Positions 33,833-50,460 of a DNA stretch of 64,000 nt are shown in pieces (position 1 is the stretch's first letter; every line of letters starts with the position of its first letter). The position numbers and the translations under genes are program-made. Source of the stretch: the human T2T-CHM13v2.0 reference genome, Homo sapiens. The DNA lies in NCBI RefSeq assembly GCF_009914755.1, contig NC_060942.1. One strand, 5' to 3'. The notes below the pieces were generated by a model, which saw only the letters and a list, made by a program, of their open reading frames with translations, made no database searches and was not told where the DNA came from.

Positions 33833-35014
33833 AGCTTTTCTTTTTCTATGAGTTTGTGGTTTTCTGCCAGGACATCCCATCAGTTTGGAATAAATGAACA
33901 CATCCCTTAGCCCTGCATTTACAGACCCCACCCCCATCACTCAAGTCCCCATATCCCCTCTCCAGATCTGTATCCACAAAGCACCACGCTGAGATCGCCT
34001 GACTGCGCTGCCTTTGACCTTCCAGGCATCAGCGTTCCCAGGAAGGGAGTGGCTCCAGGCCCCTGTGGGAGAGTTGCAAAAGGTGGCGCACACTTGGTTT
34101 TCCAGGGTTAGACCCCCTGTATGAGTCTGAGAGCCCGACAAGCCCAACTATGGCTTTGAAATTCATCATGGGGTCATTTTCTGTATTTAAAATAAAACTG
34201 GAGAAAATGAGATTTCAATCCCATTTTGAAAATGTTTGTGCCGAGACAGCAAACAGCAAAATGGAGCTTTCTTGCCAGCGAAGAAGAGCACACCTGCATC
34301 ACCTTTAAGGAGAAACGGGCACAGCCGTGCCCTTGCTCTCTGGGAGTCCCCATGCAGACTGGTGGAGGTGCTTGGAGCACCTGTCAGAGGGCTGGTGTCC
34401 AAGAGCCAGGGGGGTCCCTACCCAGCTCCACTCACCCCCACCACCCGCAGCAGACAAACTGCGTGAGGCTTGGTTTCTCTGCCTGTGAATGGGGACCACT
34501 CCAGGGACACAGTCCTCATCCACACTGCCCGCCGGCACCCAGGCTCAAGGTGCTGGGGAATGTGTGGCCCTTCCTTCCCTCTGCCCCCGCAGGTGTGGCC
34601 ACCAGTGCTGCACAGGCCTCTCAGCCATCCCGCTGTTGTCCTTTTGCTTTTAGTTTTGGAATCTGGTCCTTGGGGTTGCTGGGTTTTGTTTTGCTTTTGG
34701 GATGTCAAGCAAGCATTGGCTATGATCTCCAGAGTTCAGATGGTCCCCTAAGATGGATGCAATCCCTAAAAATAAGGTGATGATCCCTACACATATTTAT
34801 GACCATTTTAAGGACTCACACGTGGTTCTCTGGGCAGACTCTGTGCTGCACCCTGGCCTGTCAGAAGTGCCTTTTCAGCAGGCGACTATCATCCTGCATG
34901 TCCTGCCCCTCGACCGGTCACCCAGCAATGCTCTGTTGTCAAAAAAAAAAGACGAAGATTAATCAAAGTGTTGCCTTCTTCCTACTTTTCTTTTTTCTTT
35001 TTCTTTCTTTCTTT

Positions 35015-35265
35015 CATTTATTTTTTTTTTGAGAGAGGGTGTTGCTCTGCACCCAGGCTGGAGCCTCGAGTGATCTTCCCACCTCAGCCTTCCAGTAGCT
35101 GGGACCACAGGCGCACACCGCCGCAGCCGGTTAATTGTATTTTTTTGTAGAGACAGGGTCTTGCTCTATTACCAAGGCTGGTCTCAAACACCTGGCCTCA
35201 GGCGATCCTCCTGCCCCAGCCTCCCAAAGTGCTGGGATTCCACGCGTGAGCCACTGCACCCGGCC
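35015..35265 (-). mobile_element. AluJ-like SINE with internal deletion
   Basis: Antisense Alu motifs. Confidence 0.85.
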
Positions 35266-36430
35266 CTTCCTACTTTTCCACGGCTGGCCCCAGGGGTGAG
35301 CACGCTGTTGCTCTGTGTACCTTTAAAGACTGTTTTCCAAAAAGTGGCTGCCATCTCCTGGGAGCCCGTGAAATTGCACGATCTGGAGTCAGCCAAGCCT
35401 TTAGTAACCGATTGTTTTGTTTCTTCCTCTTCAAAATGTGCAGGTTATTCCAGGGCCATGTATCAATTTTGTAGGTCAGAGTGACCCAGATCCAATCCTT
35501 ACAGCACCAAGGCAACAATATCAGGGCCCTGGGTCCCTCCCTTGGCCTACAAATAAGAGTAATAAAGGAATTGACGTCAACAGATCTTTGTCATGATAAG
35601 TTACTGTGTTACAGGGATGCAAATTTCACAGCTACAGATCCTGTCAAAGTTGCTTCTAAGCCCAAGCTCTGGGTGTTGCAACTATGGTTTCATTATCCTA
35701 AAAAAAAAAAAAAAAGGAAATACTTAAAGATACTTTTAAAACTTGGTTTAGGTCGAATGCCTTAAAAAACAGCTTTCCTTTCAGGCCCCAAAGCTTGAGA
35801 TTCTAAGCTGGAGAGTCAGCAAAGAGTGCCCAGAGACTTGGTTCTCCCGGAACCTCCGCCCCCTCTCCCACCCAGTGAGGGCCATCAGGTGAGAATGATT
35901 CATTTCTCACTTGAATAGACCCTTTAAATAAAGATGAGTCATTTTTCTGAGAATAAGTCCTTGACATCAAATTGTACAATCTGTTGCCTTTCTAAACACC
36001 TCAGTTTAAGGGAAGCAGAATGACTTCAATATCAGGGTTTGTAACAGGCACACAGAAGGGGCAGGGGGTGGGGCCTGGGGGAGGACTGAAGACCCTTTGG
36101 TGAGTTTCAGGAGGTAAATAATGACTTACCAGAACGACAGCATGGCTGCCTTCCCTGTGAAAAGCCAGTGTTGAAACATGAGTGTTTGTTCATCTGCAGC
36201 CTTGGGCTGTGGTGTCTGCAGTGTTTAATAAGTCATTTTTAATTAGCTTCCATCCACCGTGGTGCGTGGCTGGCTGTCTTCGCACAGCTCTCCGGGGCTG
36301 TCTCCAGGAGGCCCTATTTTATTGGCCATTGATGCCATGTCTGCTCAGAGATACAATCAGAAAATATGATTGGTGTTCCCGCATGACACACAGGAGGAGG
36401 CACGGATGGCATTACACAAACGGCCCAACA

Positions 36431-36737
<307 letters not shown>

Positions 36738-38633
36738 TTATCATGAGCAGTACCCTGACCTGTCCGAGGGCACAGCATACCATTATCTAAATGACCAAGG
36801 TCCGGAAACTCTTTCGTTCCTGACTTTTCAGTGGTTAGAAGGTGCCAGAGACCAGCTACCTAAGAAGGGAACTGGCCAATTCCCAGGAGGAAAATACTGC
36901 CTGCCACTGCACTCAATTGGGGCAGCCATGGCTGAACAAAGCAGGAAGGAGCTGATGGGCGTGAAAAAGGACTGGACTGGAAGTGAGGACCCCAGCTGTC
37001 CAGCACATTTCTCAGGGAAGACTCACATGGCACAGCCCAATGCTGGTGTTCTTGTCAAGTGAAGAGTGGGAGTGTCCCGCAGCCCCGGGAGAATAATCTA
37101 CTTGAGTCCCTGTTTTAAGGGGCATTACTGAGGGGATTCTGCTCCCTGAGCTCCTAGAGGTCTGAGAGCAAAACCATGCAGTGTTGTGTTTGCATTCACA
37201 GAGAGCAGGGAATAGAAATGTCTGTCTGCCTTCCCCTCACCCCAAAACCAGAATGCCATCCTCCTAGTGTGTCTGCTGCACTCATGGCAGCAGGAGGAGC
37301 AGAAGCAGCCGGGGGTGCTGCTGAGCCCCCACTCCTCCCCACCTCCCCGCACCCGTCCACCTGCAGCAGGGATGGCATGGAAAACCCGACATTTCATAAA
37401 GATTCAGCAAGGTCCTGTCAAAGCCCAGGGGAAGCCATATTCAGGGAGGGGGTCAATGTCTGGGAGGAATACAATTCCCAAAAGAGACTGAGAGTGAAGC
37501 CTGTGGGTCGGAGGGTGAATGAGAGAGGCTGGCGTATTTGGGAATCAAAGGTGTCAAGGTTTCTTGAGGCTCCTGTCCCTGTCTGTCTGCTTCCTTTCTC
37601 TCCGTTCCACCTCTTAGCCCCTGTGAGCAGAGACAGCTGGGGCCCCAGGCTGGTATGATGAGCAAGGGTATAGTTCCCTTCCCTGGGTGCCTTGTCCATT
37701 CATGTGTGTGCGTGCACTCCGGAGCTCCTCACCACCCAACCCTCTCTCCTCGTGGTTTTCCCAGTGTGGAGATTAGCCCTCGCCACTGACACGCTGAATA
37801 ATGCCTTCCTGCCCACCCTCTCCAGGTCGCCTCCTCCCCACGTGAAGCCACTCCCCAAGGGCTCATCTTTGAAAGACTTTTTAGGGTGCACGTGTCATTT
37901 TCACATTTGCTCACATTGCACAAAGACCTAGTTGAGGAAACGAAAACTGCTATGATTTATGCTAATGAGATGAATTGCATTCCAAATGTATCTCAACCAG
38001 AACACACTTCGCAGTAACACGCATGAAAAGGAAACGTGTTCTATCTAGGAATCCCTGTGTTATTTCACTGATCTGCATGTTGTACCCGAGGGCATCTAGC
38101 AATGTGCTAATACCTAATTCAGGAAATCTGGATTGAACATGGGCACCTGTGAAGAAGTGGAAACGGCAGTGGAGCTAAGACATACAGCAAAGAGAGCCTG
38201 TTTTGTTATAAACAGCTAAATCTGGAAGTCAATGTTTTGTGTTTCTTGCAGAAGTCATAGTTTTATCCTGTCATTATGCAAAAGTGCTGATTCATGTTTA
38301 GTGCCACAAAATCTACCTTTAAAGTGGAATATTTTGAAAGGTTGTGTTAAAATGACTCTCAAATCTCTTCCAAAAACTAGCTGCTAAGCAGGAGTTCTCA
38401 AGGTAGAAGTTGGAATTACCCAACCACCACCCTGATGGGATGCTCTCTGAATGCAGATGGAAACGATGACTTAACTGCAGCTTCGGATGCATCAGACACA
38501 AACGCTGGATAAAGCTGCTCATTCACATAAAGCACCACCTGCTGCCGCTACCTGGAATATCCACACTGGATAACTCGAAGCTTGGTGGAAACAGAGGTTG
38601 GAAAAAGCAGAAAATAAAACAAAGGGATGGAAG

Positions 38634-39026
38634 ATGGGTGCTCTGAATTCCATTTCCTTAGAAACCAACAAGAGCTCCTTCAGTATGTCGTGGACACCTT
38701 CAGTTGAGCACAGCTCAGGCACCGCAAGGACACTCCGCTCATGTAAGTTGGCCTTAGTAGGTTTTTCTTCCATGAGTGAATTTCTATTCAGAGCAAGTAA
38801 AACACAGCCTGTGACACTGTTTGTCCCGAATGTCAACAGCGCTCTCTGTGATCAGCCCGTTGTACGAGGTGTTGGAATACATGAACAACGCAAACGGAAT
38901 ATCTCGTCTCTCATTTCTGTCTTTAATCATTGGCTGCCTCCACTCCAGTTACACCTGGGCCGTGCTCTGATCTGCAGGTTTAACTCCAGGGGAAACTTCA
39001 CCTGTTTGATGACAGCCGTCAAGTGA
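38634..39026 (+). other. 130-aa ORF in non-repetitive sequence, coding status unknown
   Basis: ATG in AAGATGG (strong Kozak context); no recognisable domain; out-of-frame ATG 7 nt upstream. Confidence 0.2.
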
Positions 39027-39667
39027 ACCAGATGTTACCTCTAGTAAGAAAGGATGGGCAGGTAGAGTGTGATGTCTGGGGTGCTCCTGACTCAGGGCGG
39101 CCTCCCTGGCTCCCCTCACCCAGTTGGACCTGGGTGCCCTTGTCCTACTCTTCTATAGCATCCTTGGCTTTTCCTTCATGGTGCCCATCACACATTCCAG
39201 CGAGACACGGATTTGTGGGATTATTTGCACCGGGTGAAGTTGGCCTGTTCCACTAGTTTCCTGACTCCAGGAGCTCAGAGCTTTTGTCATTCTTTCTTCA
39301 CTCTGTGCATGTAACACACAAGAGACGTTTCCTGAATGAAGGGCCCCTGATGCTGTGGCACAAATAACAAAACATTGGGAAGTAGTACGTCTTGCCAGCC
39401 CTACTGCTGGCCCTGAATGACTGGAACCAGTGCTTCAATTTTAAACATTTGATTGACAAGTTATTTTCAGCAGTTTGCCCTCAAAAGATGACCTTGTGTC
39501 GTTTACTTCTAACCTGATCTGGGCTTAGCGTATCTACTCATTCCTTAGGTCAGCCACAGCCTCATAAGCAGCTACGTTCAATCAGTCGTCACAGCCCTGG
39601 GCACAGACTTCTCAGCAAGAGTAATTTTCTCACTTATGCTAACAATTTGACTTCTTCAAACGCGTAC

Positions 39668-39809
39668 TCTTTTTTTTTTTTTTTTTTTTTTTTTGAGACG
39701 GTGTCTCATTATGTTGCCCAGGCTGGACTTGAACTCCTGGGCTCAAGCAATCCTCCTGCCTCAGCCTCCAGACTAGCTGGGACATAGATGCATGTCACCG
39801 TGCCCAGCT
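39668..39809 (-). mobile_element. FLAM (free left Alu monomer)
   Basis: ~110-bp monomer plus long T tract; TSD CAAA(C/A)GCGTACT. Confidence 0.85.
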
Positions 39810-41328
39810 CAAAAGCGTACTTTTACCTACACTGATGATATCAAGACATGATAGAACAAAAAGCATATTTCCTGAGTGATTTTTTAAAAATTTCAACCGC
39901 CTGTACACAGACTGTAACACCAGCAGTCGTGAGGAAGTGCTTGGGACTTGCCGGTTCTCAGACTTGCCTCTTGCCAGGGAGGAGACCCCATCTAATAACA
40001 AATGTCTTTCCCTAATGAAGTCCAGAACCAGATCTTTCATGGACCTAGATTTTACCTGCAGAGATGTGGAACAGCCACAGTTGGAAAACCATGAGTGCTT
40101 GATGTTAAATGAAGGCAACACTCCTCAATTCTGAGATTGTTTATATTGTTTTGGGAATGTAATCGTTGGAGAAAACATTTCTCAGCCTGGTCACAAACCG
40201 TCCCTCCCACAACAACAACAATGGAGTATAAGAAGTACAGTTTTACAGAGTATTTTGGGGGCTTTCTTCTCATGACAAGAGTCTTTCTTATGGTACAAAT
40301 AGTTGTGTCCTTTCTCACAGCATAAAATATACACATAAAATAGTAAAACGGGAGAGACAGTACTGACAGTGGATGAAGCCAGGCTGACGTGACTGAGAGG
40401 CAAGTTTCAACATCAGGAAAAAGTGAGTAACCTTATATATCTGCTTTTTATTCCAAGGAAATCACACACTGGTGATTTTGGAGAAGGGAATCTGCAGGAC
40501 AACGGCGGTGGGGAGGGGCACAGAGAAGCTTGCAGAGTGGTTGCTGTTTGATCATTGGAATAATGAGGAAGCAGAGAAGCTGACAAACTTGGGACCCAAT
40601 GGCTTCATGCTCTGAAACGACCATTTTTGTCGTTGGAATGTTTTCAAATGTGCTAAGACTTGTGATGAGTCTAAGTGGAAAAAATAAGTTTTTCCTTTTC
40701 CTTTTCCCAGGGTAAAAAAAGATGATACTAACACACTAAGTTGGTCTGTAGATGCCTGTTATTCACTCACCAGCCCCTGTAGACCTTATAAGCCTTGTAG
40801 AATCTTTAGTCACCAAAGACTGAAGAACAAGAAGGTGCTCACCCACAAAGATCAGGGTGCATTTCACCAGAGGGTAAAGCCATTCTCAGACATGGTCTTT
40901 TCATTACAATGTGTTCTTTTCATTCTAGCTGGTTCTTTAGCTAGAATACCAGTGAATTCCATGTCTAGGTATAGATTAGGATCTTTGTATAAATTCCAGG
41001 CTCTGGGAATTGCTGCTTGGATGTTGGCACCTAGAAGTAGGAGAATGGAAGCCACATAGTGGAAATATCCCTGTTTCCTTTTGATTCTAATGACACCCAC
41101 CTGGTCTAAGTTAATTTCCATTTTAATCTATGCTAATTATTTCCGCTTAATTATAAATTCCTATTGTGTCAAGGTTGGTAAAGCCGGGTTGAGACACAGT
41201 TTATTCAAGGCTGATAGTTCAATAAAAACATCTATCCAAGTACAAATGTAGTTTCAGAAGGTAAAAAATAGTTCTTGTTTGGATTTATAAAATTTAAGGG
41301 AAAAAAAGATGTAATGTCTTTCTCCAAT

Positions 41329-41667
41329 TGTATTAGTCCATTTTTATGCTGCTGATAAAGACATACTCGAGACTGGGCAATTTACAAAAGAAAGAGGTTT
41401 AATTGGACTCACAGTTCCATGTGGCTAGGAAGCCTCACAATCGTGGCCGAAGGCAGGCAGGAGCAAGTCACATCTTATATGGATGGCAGCAGGCAAAGAG
41501 AGCTTGTGCAGGGAAATGCCCCCTTCTAATGACCATCAGATCTCATGAGACTTACTCGCTCTCATGAGAACAGCACGGGAGAGACCTGCCTCCATGATTC
41601 AATTACCTCCCACAACACGTGGCAATTCAAGATGAGATATGGGTGTGGACACAGCAAAACCATATCA
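41329..41667 (-). mobile_element. THE1A/B solo LTR
   Basis: TGTATTAGTCCATTTT...AACCATATCA; TSD CCAAT/CCGAT. Confidence 0.9.
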
Positions 41668-42325
41668 CCGATCAATGTGTTCTTGTTTACAGAAACAAAG
41701 ACCACACTTACTCCTCAGGAGATACATGGGTGATCTTTCAAGAGACCATCAGAAAGAGGCTGCTTGGGTCCCGTCCGAGGAGAGACAGAAGACTGAACCG
41801 TGGTGTACTCTATTATCTGACGCAACAGCCTTTTCTGCAGGATATTAAAGGACTTTATAAATATTAATTATCTCATTCATCCTCATCACTTTGTGAGAGC
41901 CGAAGACATTATAGATGGCCAGTCACCCATTTCACTAAGTATCTAAAGCCACCTTCCACACGTAATCATTAACATTTCAAAATACTTTCACCTCTTTATT
42001 ATTCAGAGATGTTGAGTTTATGAAGGACTCGGTCCTTTTTGGTTCTTTCTGCCCCGCATTAATAAACACCTTTGAATTACTAAACATTCCTGCCTCTCTC
42101 CACCTCTTTCCTTTTTTCTACATTAATTTAGCAAAATTACAGAATGTAAGTATGTAAAAATAAGAGTAAAGCCACTCATAAGCTCACAATGACTAATAAT
42201 TACCATGAATATTTGATGAGTGTCCATCCTGAACATTTTCCAAATACATAGGCTCACGCATTTTTACCTCCTTTAATGCTGTTTTATGTTCATTAATATC
42301 ATTATTTTAAATATATTGTATGTAA

Positions 42326-43017
<692 letters not shown>

Positions 43018-43724
43018 TAACCCCCTATACCCAAACTCTGAGGTCGTTTCAACACATTTGCCGTTGGAAACCTCTTACCTCTGTCTCCAGCCCAGACAGC
43101 AGCCTGGTCGGCTTCCTTCCAAATCATTTTCCATGGCCAATCACACAGAAACCAGGGACACATATAAAGGATTTTGTTATTTTGTTTCCTTTACAAAAAT
43201 AGTATTATACCCTGCAACCTGTTTCTCTCATTTAAAAAATACATTATAAAAGCTCTTCCAGATAATTTTTAAACAGCTGTACAATATTTTATAGTATAAA
43301 TACACCACGATTTGTGCAACCAATTTCCTCAGTGGGCATTCAGGTTATTTCCTGATGTTTGCCACACAAAGATTGCTGCTCCAGACACTCTAGAACATCA
43401 TGTTTGCATATCCACGTGTGTGCTTTCATAGCATGAGGGCAAGGCAGTGGGATTGCTGAGTCCAGTGGTATATTTGTCCAATGGTATATTTGCTGAGTCC
43501 AGTGAATAGATTTGTCTGAGATGATTCTTAAAGGCATTCACACCAAAGTGGGGAAGAATTCAAGCTGCTCTGTCAGTTTCTTCCACACAGATATTCTAGC
43601 TAGAAATAACAAATACTTTGTGTGTAGACATGCAGACAAAGCAGCTGATGCTCGGAAAAGGAACAGGACTGATCAAGGTCACAGCTAAATATTTCAGAAC
43701 CAGGACTAGGACTAGGTCTCCTGA

Positions 43725-44031
<307 letters not shown>

Positions 44032-44110
44032 TGATTCTTTGACAGAACCTTTTGCACAACAATAACCTTTTGCTGGGCAATGAAGAGTTGGGGAAATGAG
44101 AAAGAAAAGG

Positions 44111-44890
<780 letters not shown>

Positions 44891-44905
44891 TTTCAGGGGC
44901 ATGAA

Positions 44906-45268
<363 letters not shown>

Positions 45269-45521
45269 TCATGGCTCTGTAAGAGCATAAAGTAATATCA
45301 GTGGTAAAATCCCAAAAAGTCTTCCCAAGGTACCTGAGGCACATTTGGGGCACTGGAATATTAGGTCAAGCCTCTTTGTTTTTAAAAATAGATTTTCAAA
45401 TAAGAAAAATTATTCTATGGCCATTTTATTCTCATTTTTAATACATTTTGTATTAGTCGCTGGTGTGTGCCCTCTTTACTGCTCTGTTTGAGAACACTGC
45501 AGCTATACAGAACTGGGGTTT

Positions 45522-45544
45522 TGTGTGTGTGTGTGTGTGTGTGT
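45522..45544. repeat. (TG)n microsatellite
   Basis: About 11 TG units. Confidence 0.9.
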
Positions 45545-46857
45545 TTCTTAGGATGTTTCTGTAATTTTCTATCTCACAAAATAAAAACCTAAGAGTACTC
45601 TGCAGGTCATAAAAATAGCAGGCAATAAACAAAGTTAGACATAGTACACTTCCTTTTAATATTCCAACAAAAGAGTGTCCTTGGAGACGAGAGCAGGTGG
45701 GGGTGCAGGTGAGGAGCCCCGGACGTCCATGGGGCACAGAGAGCCCCTCTGAGGGACTCCTGTGCACTGGGCAGACAGCAATCTCTATGTCCAGAAACTT
45801 CTGGGCTTCAACCAAATATACAATGAATTTGGGGTGTGGGTTCAGGACAGGAAGAAAGCACACACACGTTAGCGTTTTGTTCTTTCCTGAATCGGCAGCT
45901 TAGTATGGAAAATGACCCTCTGGGACACTCCCATTTGTCTAACCCAAGTGGGGCGTGGAAGGAAAGGAAACTCCGTGAGACTCCGCTGAGTCTCGGGCAG
46001 GGCACGTTGTAGACGTCTGGGGCACACTGGCCCCGCTCTGCATCCACAGCTGGATTCTCCACCCCTGAGCAAGACAAGGAGCCCCAGACAAAACGCTCAG
46101 GATTCCAGAGGATGGGGTTGAGGATCCTCAGCCTTTCAGAGTGAAAATCCACGAGGCGGAGGAGGTTTAAAACAACAGAAACAGGCATGTGGGGAAAACC
46201 ATAGGTTCAATTAGAAGCACTGTACAGACGTTCTGTACAAGAACTTCCTGCGCAGAGGAAACAGGATACCAGGAAAAGTGGAAACCCTATTGTTTACTTG
46301 GAGGTAGGAAAAGAAATAGGTGGGTGATTTGTTTCCATAGTGACTATTGTTAAAATGAGACAAACTGACACCGATACTGATTTATTCTCCTTTTCAAGCC
46401 TTTTTAAAAGATCGCTTTAATCTGAGTTGGTCCTTGAATATAAATAAGAAGACAAAGTTATCGTTCACAATTATTATTTTTGGCCACTTAGAAATGAGAT
46501 TTTTTAAAAAATGAAAACATTTAAATAGAATGTGTTTTACATATAGGAATTGTGTTCTGGGTATTTGCAATTTAATCCTAAATCTTAAAATAATATTTTT
46601 TCCTGCTTTACCCCAAACTACAAGATGTGTATTTGCTGTTGGTGACCTCTGAACCCACATCACAGGAGTTTGATTTATAAAGGTGGACACTTAATCTGTC
46701 CTCCTGGACAGCCAGGCTCCCCACTCCTCCCAAGCTCCAGATGCTGTTTGTTACAAAATGGCGAGCATAAAAGGCCTTAATGGGTATCATCTCACAAAAT
46801 CTCCACTCCCTCTCAGGAGCAGGGGACCTCCTTGCAGGGCAATAAGCAGGAAATTAA

Positions 46858-46943
46858 ACACGTACACACGCATATGTACACACACATACACACGTACACA
46901 CACAAACGTACACACACACATACATACACACATACACACACAC
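46858..46943. repeat. Imperfect (CA)n/(CATA) microsatellite
   Basis: Direct reading. Confidence 0.85.
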
Positions 46944-47690
46944 AATTGGTGCAGTGACTCTCTGGCTCAGCTCTTGAAAGGAAGAAAAACCCAAAGAATG
47001 TTCTAGAAATTCCTAGGCCCCTGCTGGCTTAAAGTGTAGTTCTCACATGAGCCAAAAGTGAAGCCTGCCAGGGTATCGAGCCCCTGTGGCCCATCTCTAC
47101 CTTCATCCCCTCAATCTTCTCATGCATTCATTCGGTTATTAATTCACCAAGCTTCGTGACGGCCCCCTAAGCTAGTGATTGTTCTAGGTACTGGGGCTGC
47201 CACGGTAAGACATGACTGATCTCTCTCACACCAATTAATAGTCAGCATTAAGGAGGTGTGGTTAAGCATGCAGGCTGCGGAGCGAGACTCAGAACCAAAC
47301 CCTGGCTCTGACCCTTTCTAGCTGGATTTCATTGCCTGCACGCGCTCCCTCTCTCTCTTTCTGTGTCTGTCTGTCTGTCTCTCTCTCTTTCTCCATCTCT
47401 CTCTCTCTTTTTTATACCTGAAAATGCAAAGAATCGTGTCACCCCTATGCATTGCTACAAGGATCCATGGGATGCCGCAAGCAGGGCGTGCAGCCGCCTG
47501 TTCCCGGGTGCCGCACACGTGCTTGCTACAGCTATGAGGATTCTCCTGACTAAGGCGTGCGTCTAACCCTCGAGGAACTCGCTATCTAGATCTAATGGTA
47601 CAGGAAAACGACTAGAACATTTGAAGGTGCTATCAATGCTATTCTTTTTTGGTTGAGTGGGATCCCCACAATTTAAAATTAAGTAAAAGC

Positions 47691-48005
47691 TGGCTAGGCA
47701 TGGTGGCTCATTCCTGTAATCCCAGCACTTTGGGAGGCCGAGGCAGGCAGATTGCTTGAGCTCAGGAGTTCGAGACCAGCCTGGGCAACATGGCGAGACC
47801 CTGTCTCTACAAAAAATACAAAGAGTAGCCTGATATGGTGGCATGCAACGGCTACTTAGGAGGCTGAGGTGGGAGGATTGCTTCAGCCCAGGAGGTAGAG
47901 GTTGCAGTGCAGTGAGCTGAGATCGCACCACTGCACTCCAGCCTGGGTGGCAAAACCAAACCCTGTCTCAAAAAAAAAAAAGAAAAGAAAAGAAAAAGAA
48001 GAAAA
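47691..48005 (+). mobile_element. AluJ/S SINE
   Basis: Dimer; TSD AAATTAAGTAAAAGCT. Confidence 0.92.
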
Positions 48006-48034
48006 TTAAACTTAAATTAAGTAAAAGCTGCCAT

Positions 48035-48525
48035 TTATTTTTAAAGCCACTTTATTGAAGTCTAATTGACATAGAAAAAGCTGTACATATTTTATGTCTA
48101 CAACTTGATGAGTTTGGAGATAAGTACTCACCTGTGAAACCTCACCATAATTTATGCCGTAAGCATATCCATCACCTCCAAAAGTCTCTTTCCACCCTCT
48201 GAATTAATTATTGTTATTATTTTGTGATACAAACACAAGATCTATCCTTTCAGCCAATTTTAAGTATACAATACAGTGTTGCTAATGATATGTCCACGCT
48301 ACACAATAGATTGCTAGGACTTACTCATCTTGTATAATTGAAACTTTGCACCCCCTGACTCATCCCGTCCCGTCCCCCTCCCCCACGCTCCCTCTCTCAT
48401 CCCACCCCTGACAATCACTGTTCCACTCTCTGCTCCTGAGCCTGACTAGATTCATCATGCAAGCAGCACCAGGCATATTTGTCCTTCTGTGTCTGGCTTA
48501 TTTCACTTAGCATAATGTTCTCCAA
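48035..48525 (-). mobile_element. L1MA/L1MB-like 3' end
   Basis: CTTTATTGAAGTCTAATTGACATA...ATATCCATCACCTCCAAAAGT...CTGGCTTATTTCACTTAGCATAATG. Confidence 0.85.
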
Positions 48526-48858
48526 GATCACTGGATGACGTGTGTTAATGAGGCCTCTAAAACCAAGCCTAGGACCAGGCAGAAGTGTGGAATGCAGCTG
48601 TGGAGCGAGGATCTAATCATTCTGCCCACTCTAACTGCCAAGATGAATCGCTCCATGGACGGCACGTTCTGAAGTAATCAATATCAATTTTCAAGACAGC
48701 TGAAATGTCCGATGAACCACACGGCAGCCGGGTGCAGTGGCCATGAGCTGCTGTCGCTTCCCAGTTAATGTGAAATGGAGAAATAAACACCTGTCAGGCC
48801 CTCCCATCCACGGAGGCAGGCGGTCTGCAGAATCTTGTTCAACAGGCTGTGTTTTCTA

Positions 48859-49086
<228 letters not shown>

Positions 49087-49562
49087 CTAACATTTAAAAA
49101 TTTATTTTAAAATAACAAATATACTGTCGAAACATTTTAAAAATTAAAATATCCAGTTTTAATCTGTGTTTTGAGAAAAGGGAAATGGAATAAGTAGCTA
49201 ATTGGTACATAAGTTGGTAGAAACTGTCAGAAAATAATTGTATTTTGTATTTCAAAAGGGTAAAGTTATAATTGCATTTTAAAACTGAGACATTTCATTC
49301 TAGGAATTTACATGAGCAAATAATCAGAGATGCACAAGACAGATCTGTGTGTGGGCATGTTTGCAGCCGCAATGTTTAGGAGTAACACTAATAAAAAGCA
49401 AGGGGGTGAGGTAGGGCGAATTTTAATTTGCTATGTGACTCTTAATCCTCCCACTCATAACCAAATAGCCGTTTCGGGACAAAAATCTTGTCTCCCCAAA
49501 TCTCTTCTTAGGTGGGAGGCAGCTGGGCAAGGCATTAAAAAAAAAAAAACATAAAAAACAAA

Positions 49563-49916
<354 letters not shown>

Positions 49917-50406
49917 TTAGCTCATGATCTGAGTCAAATGTTTGGGGTGGGGTGTATTTATTCAATGCTAATATAATTATGTGCACATACCAAGACAAGT
50001 ATTTGCACGAGTTGTCACCAGTAATACAGATAATCCTGAAACTGGATTCTGTGGGGAAACAGAGTCTGGGGAAGCTAAAGATCCCACCTGAGTCTTTGAT
50101 AAACAATAAAGGATAGCATGGGAATCCCCACTCCAGGCTCACCCCAGGCGCATCCTCACTCACTGTGTCTGACCCAGCTTCCTGTCTGTGAAATAAAGCT
50201 TCATGTGTTCTCTAAATGACTTTCTGGTTCTAATACTCTGGAGCACTCTGATTCAACATGTGCATTCATCAGAAGCTCCAAAAATCCAACAAGAGTGGAG
50301 CACCCTTGCTTCGAAACTCAAAGCCAGGGCAATGTAAACTCTCCGTGCTGCTTCCAGAAGCTTCCAACTGTCTGAAAGGCAGAAGTCACGGTATGAACAT
50401 GGCAAC

Positions 50407-50460
50407 AGTCTACTTAAAATCACAAGATCTATACATTTGGAAAAGATAACTTGATTTCTC
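50407..50460 (-). mobile_element. Displaced 3' terminus of the MER4-group LTR
   Basis: AGTCTACTTAAAATCACAAGATCTATACATTTGGAAAAGATAACTTGATTT resembles the antisense MER4-group R/U5 end and ends in a degenerate copy of the 52893/53763 target. Confidence 0.6.

Noticed and set aside
38532-38548. CTCF-like motif (also near 54975-54992 and 59120-59150)
   Set aside because: Mismatches at core positions and no upstream module; too weak without binding data.
38519-38836. Antisense ORF as a hAT transposase or NLR/LRR relic
   Set aside because: Only a superficial resemblance; translating the flanking frames gave no supporting motifs.
43454-43504. Short nested direct repeats TGCTGAGTCCAGTG / TGGTATATTTG
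   Set aside because: Looks like ordinary slippage within a degraded L1 fragment.
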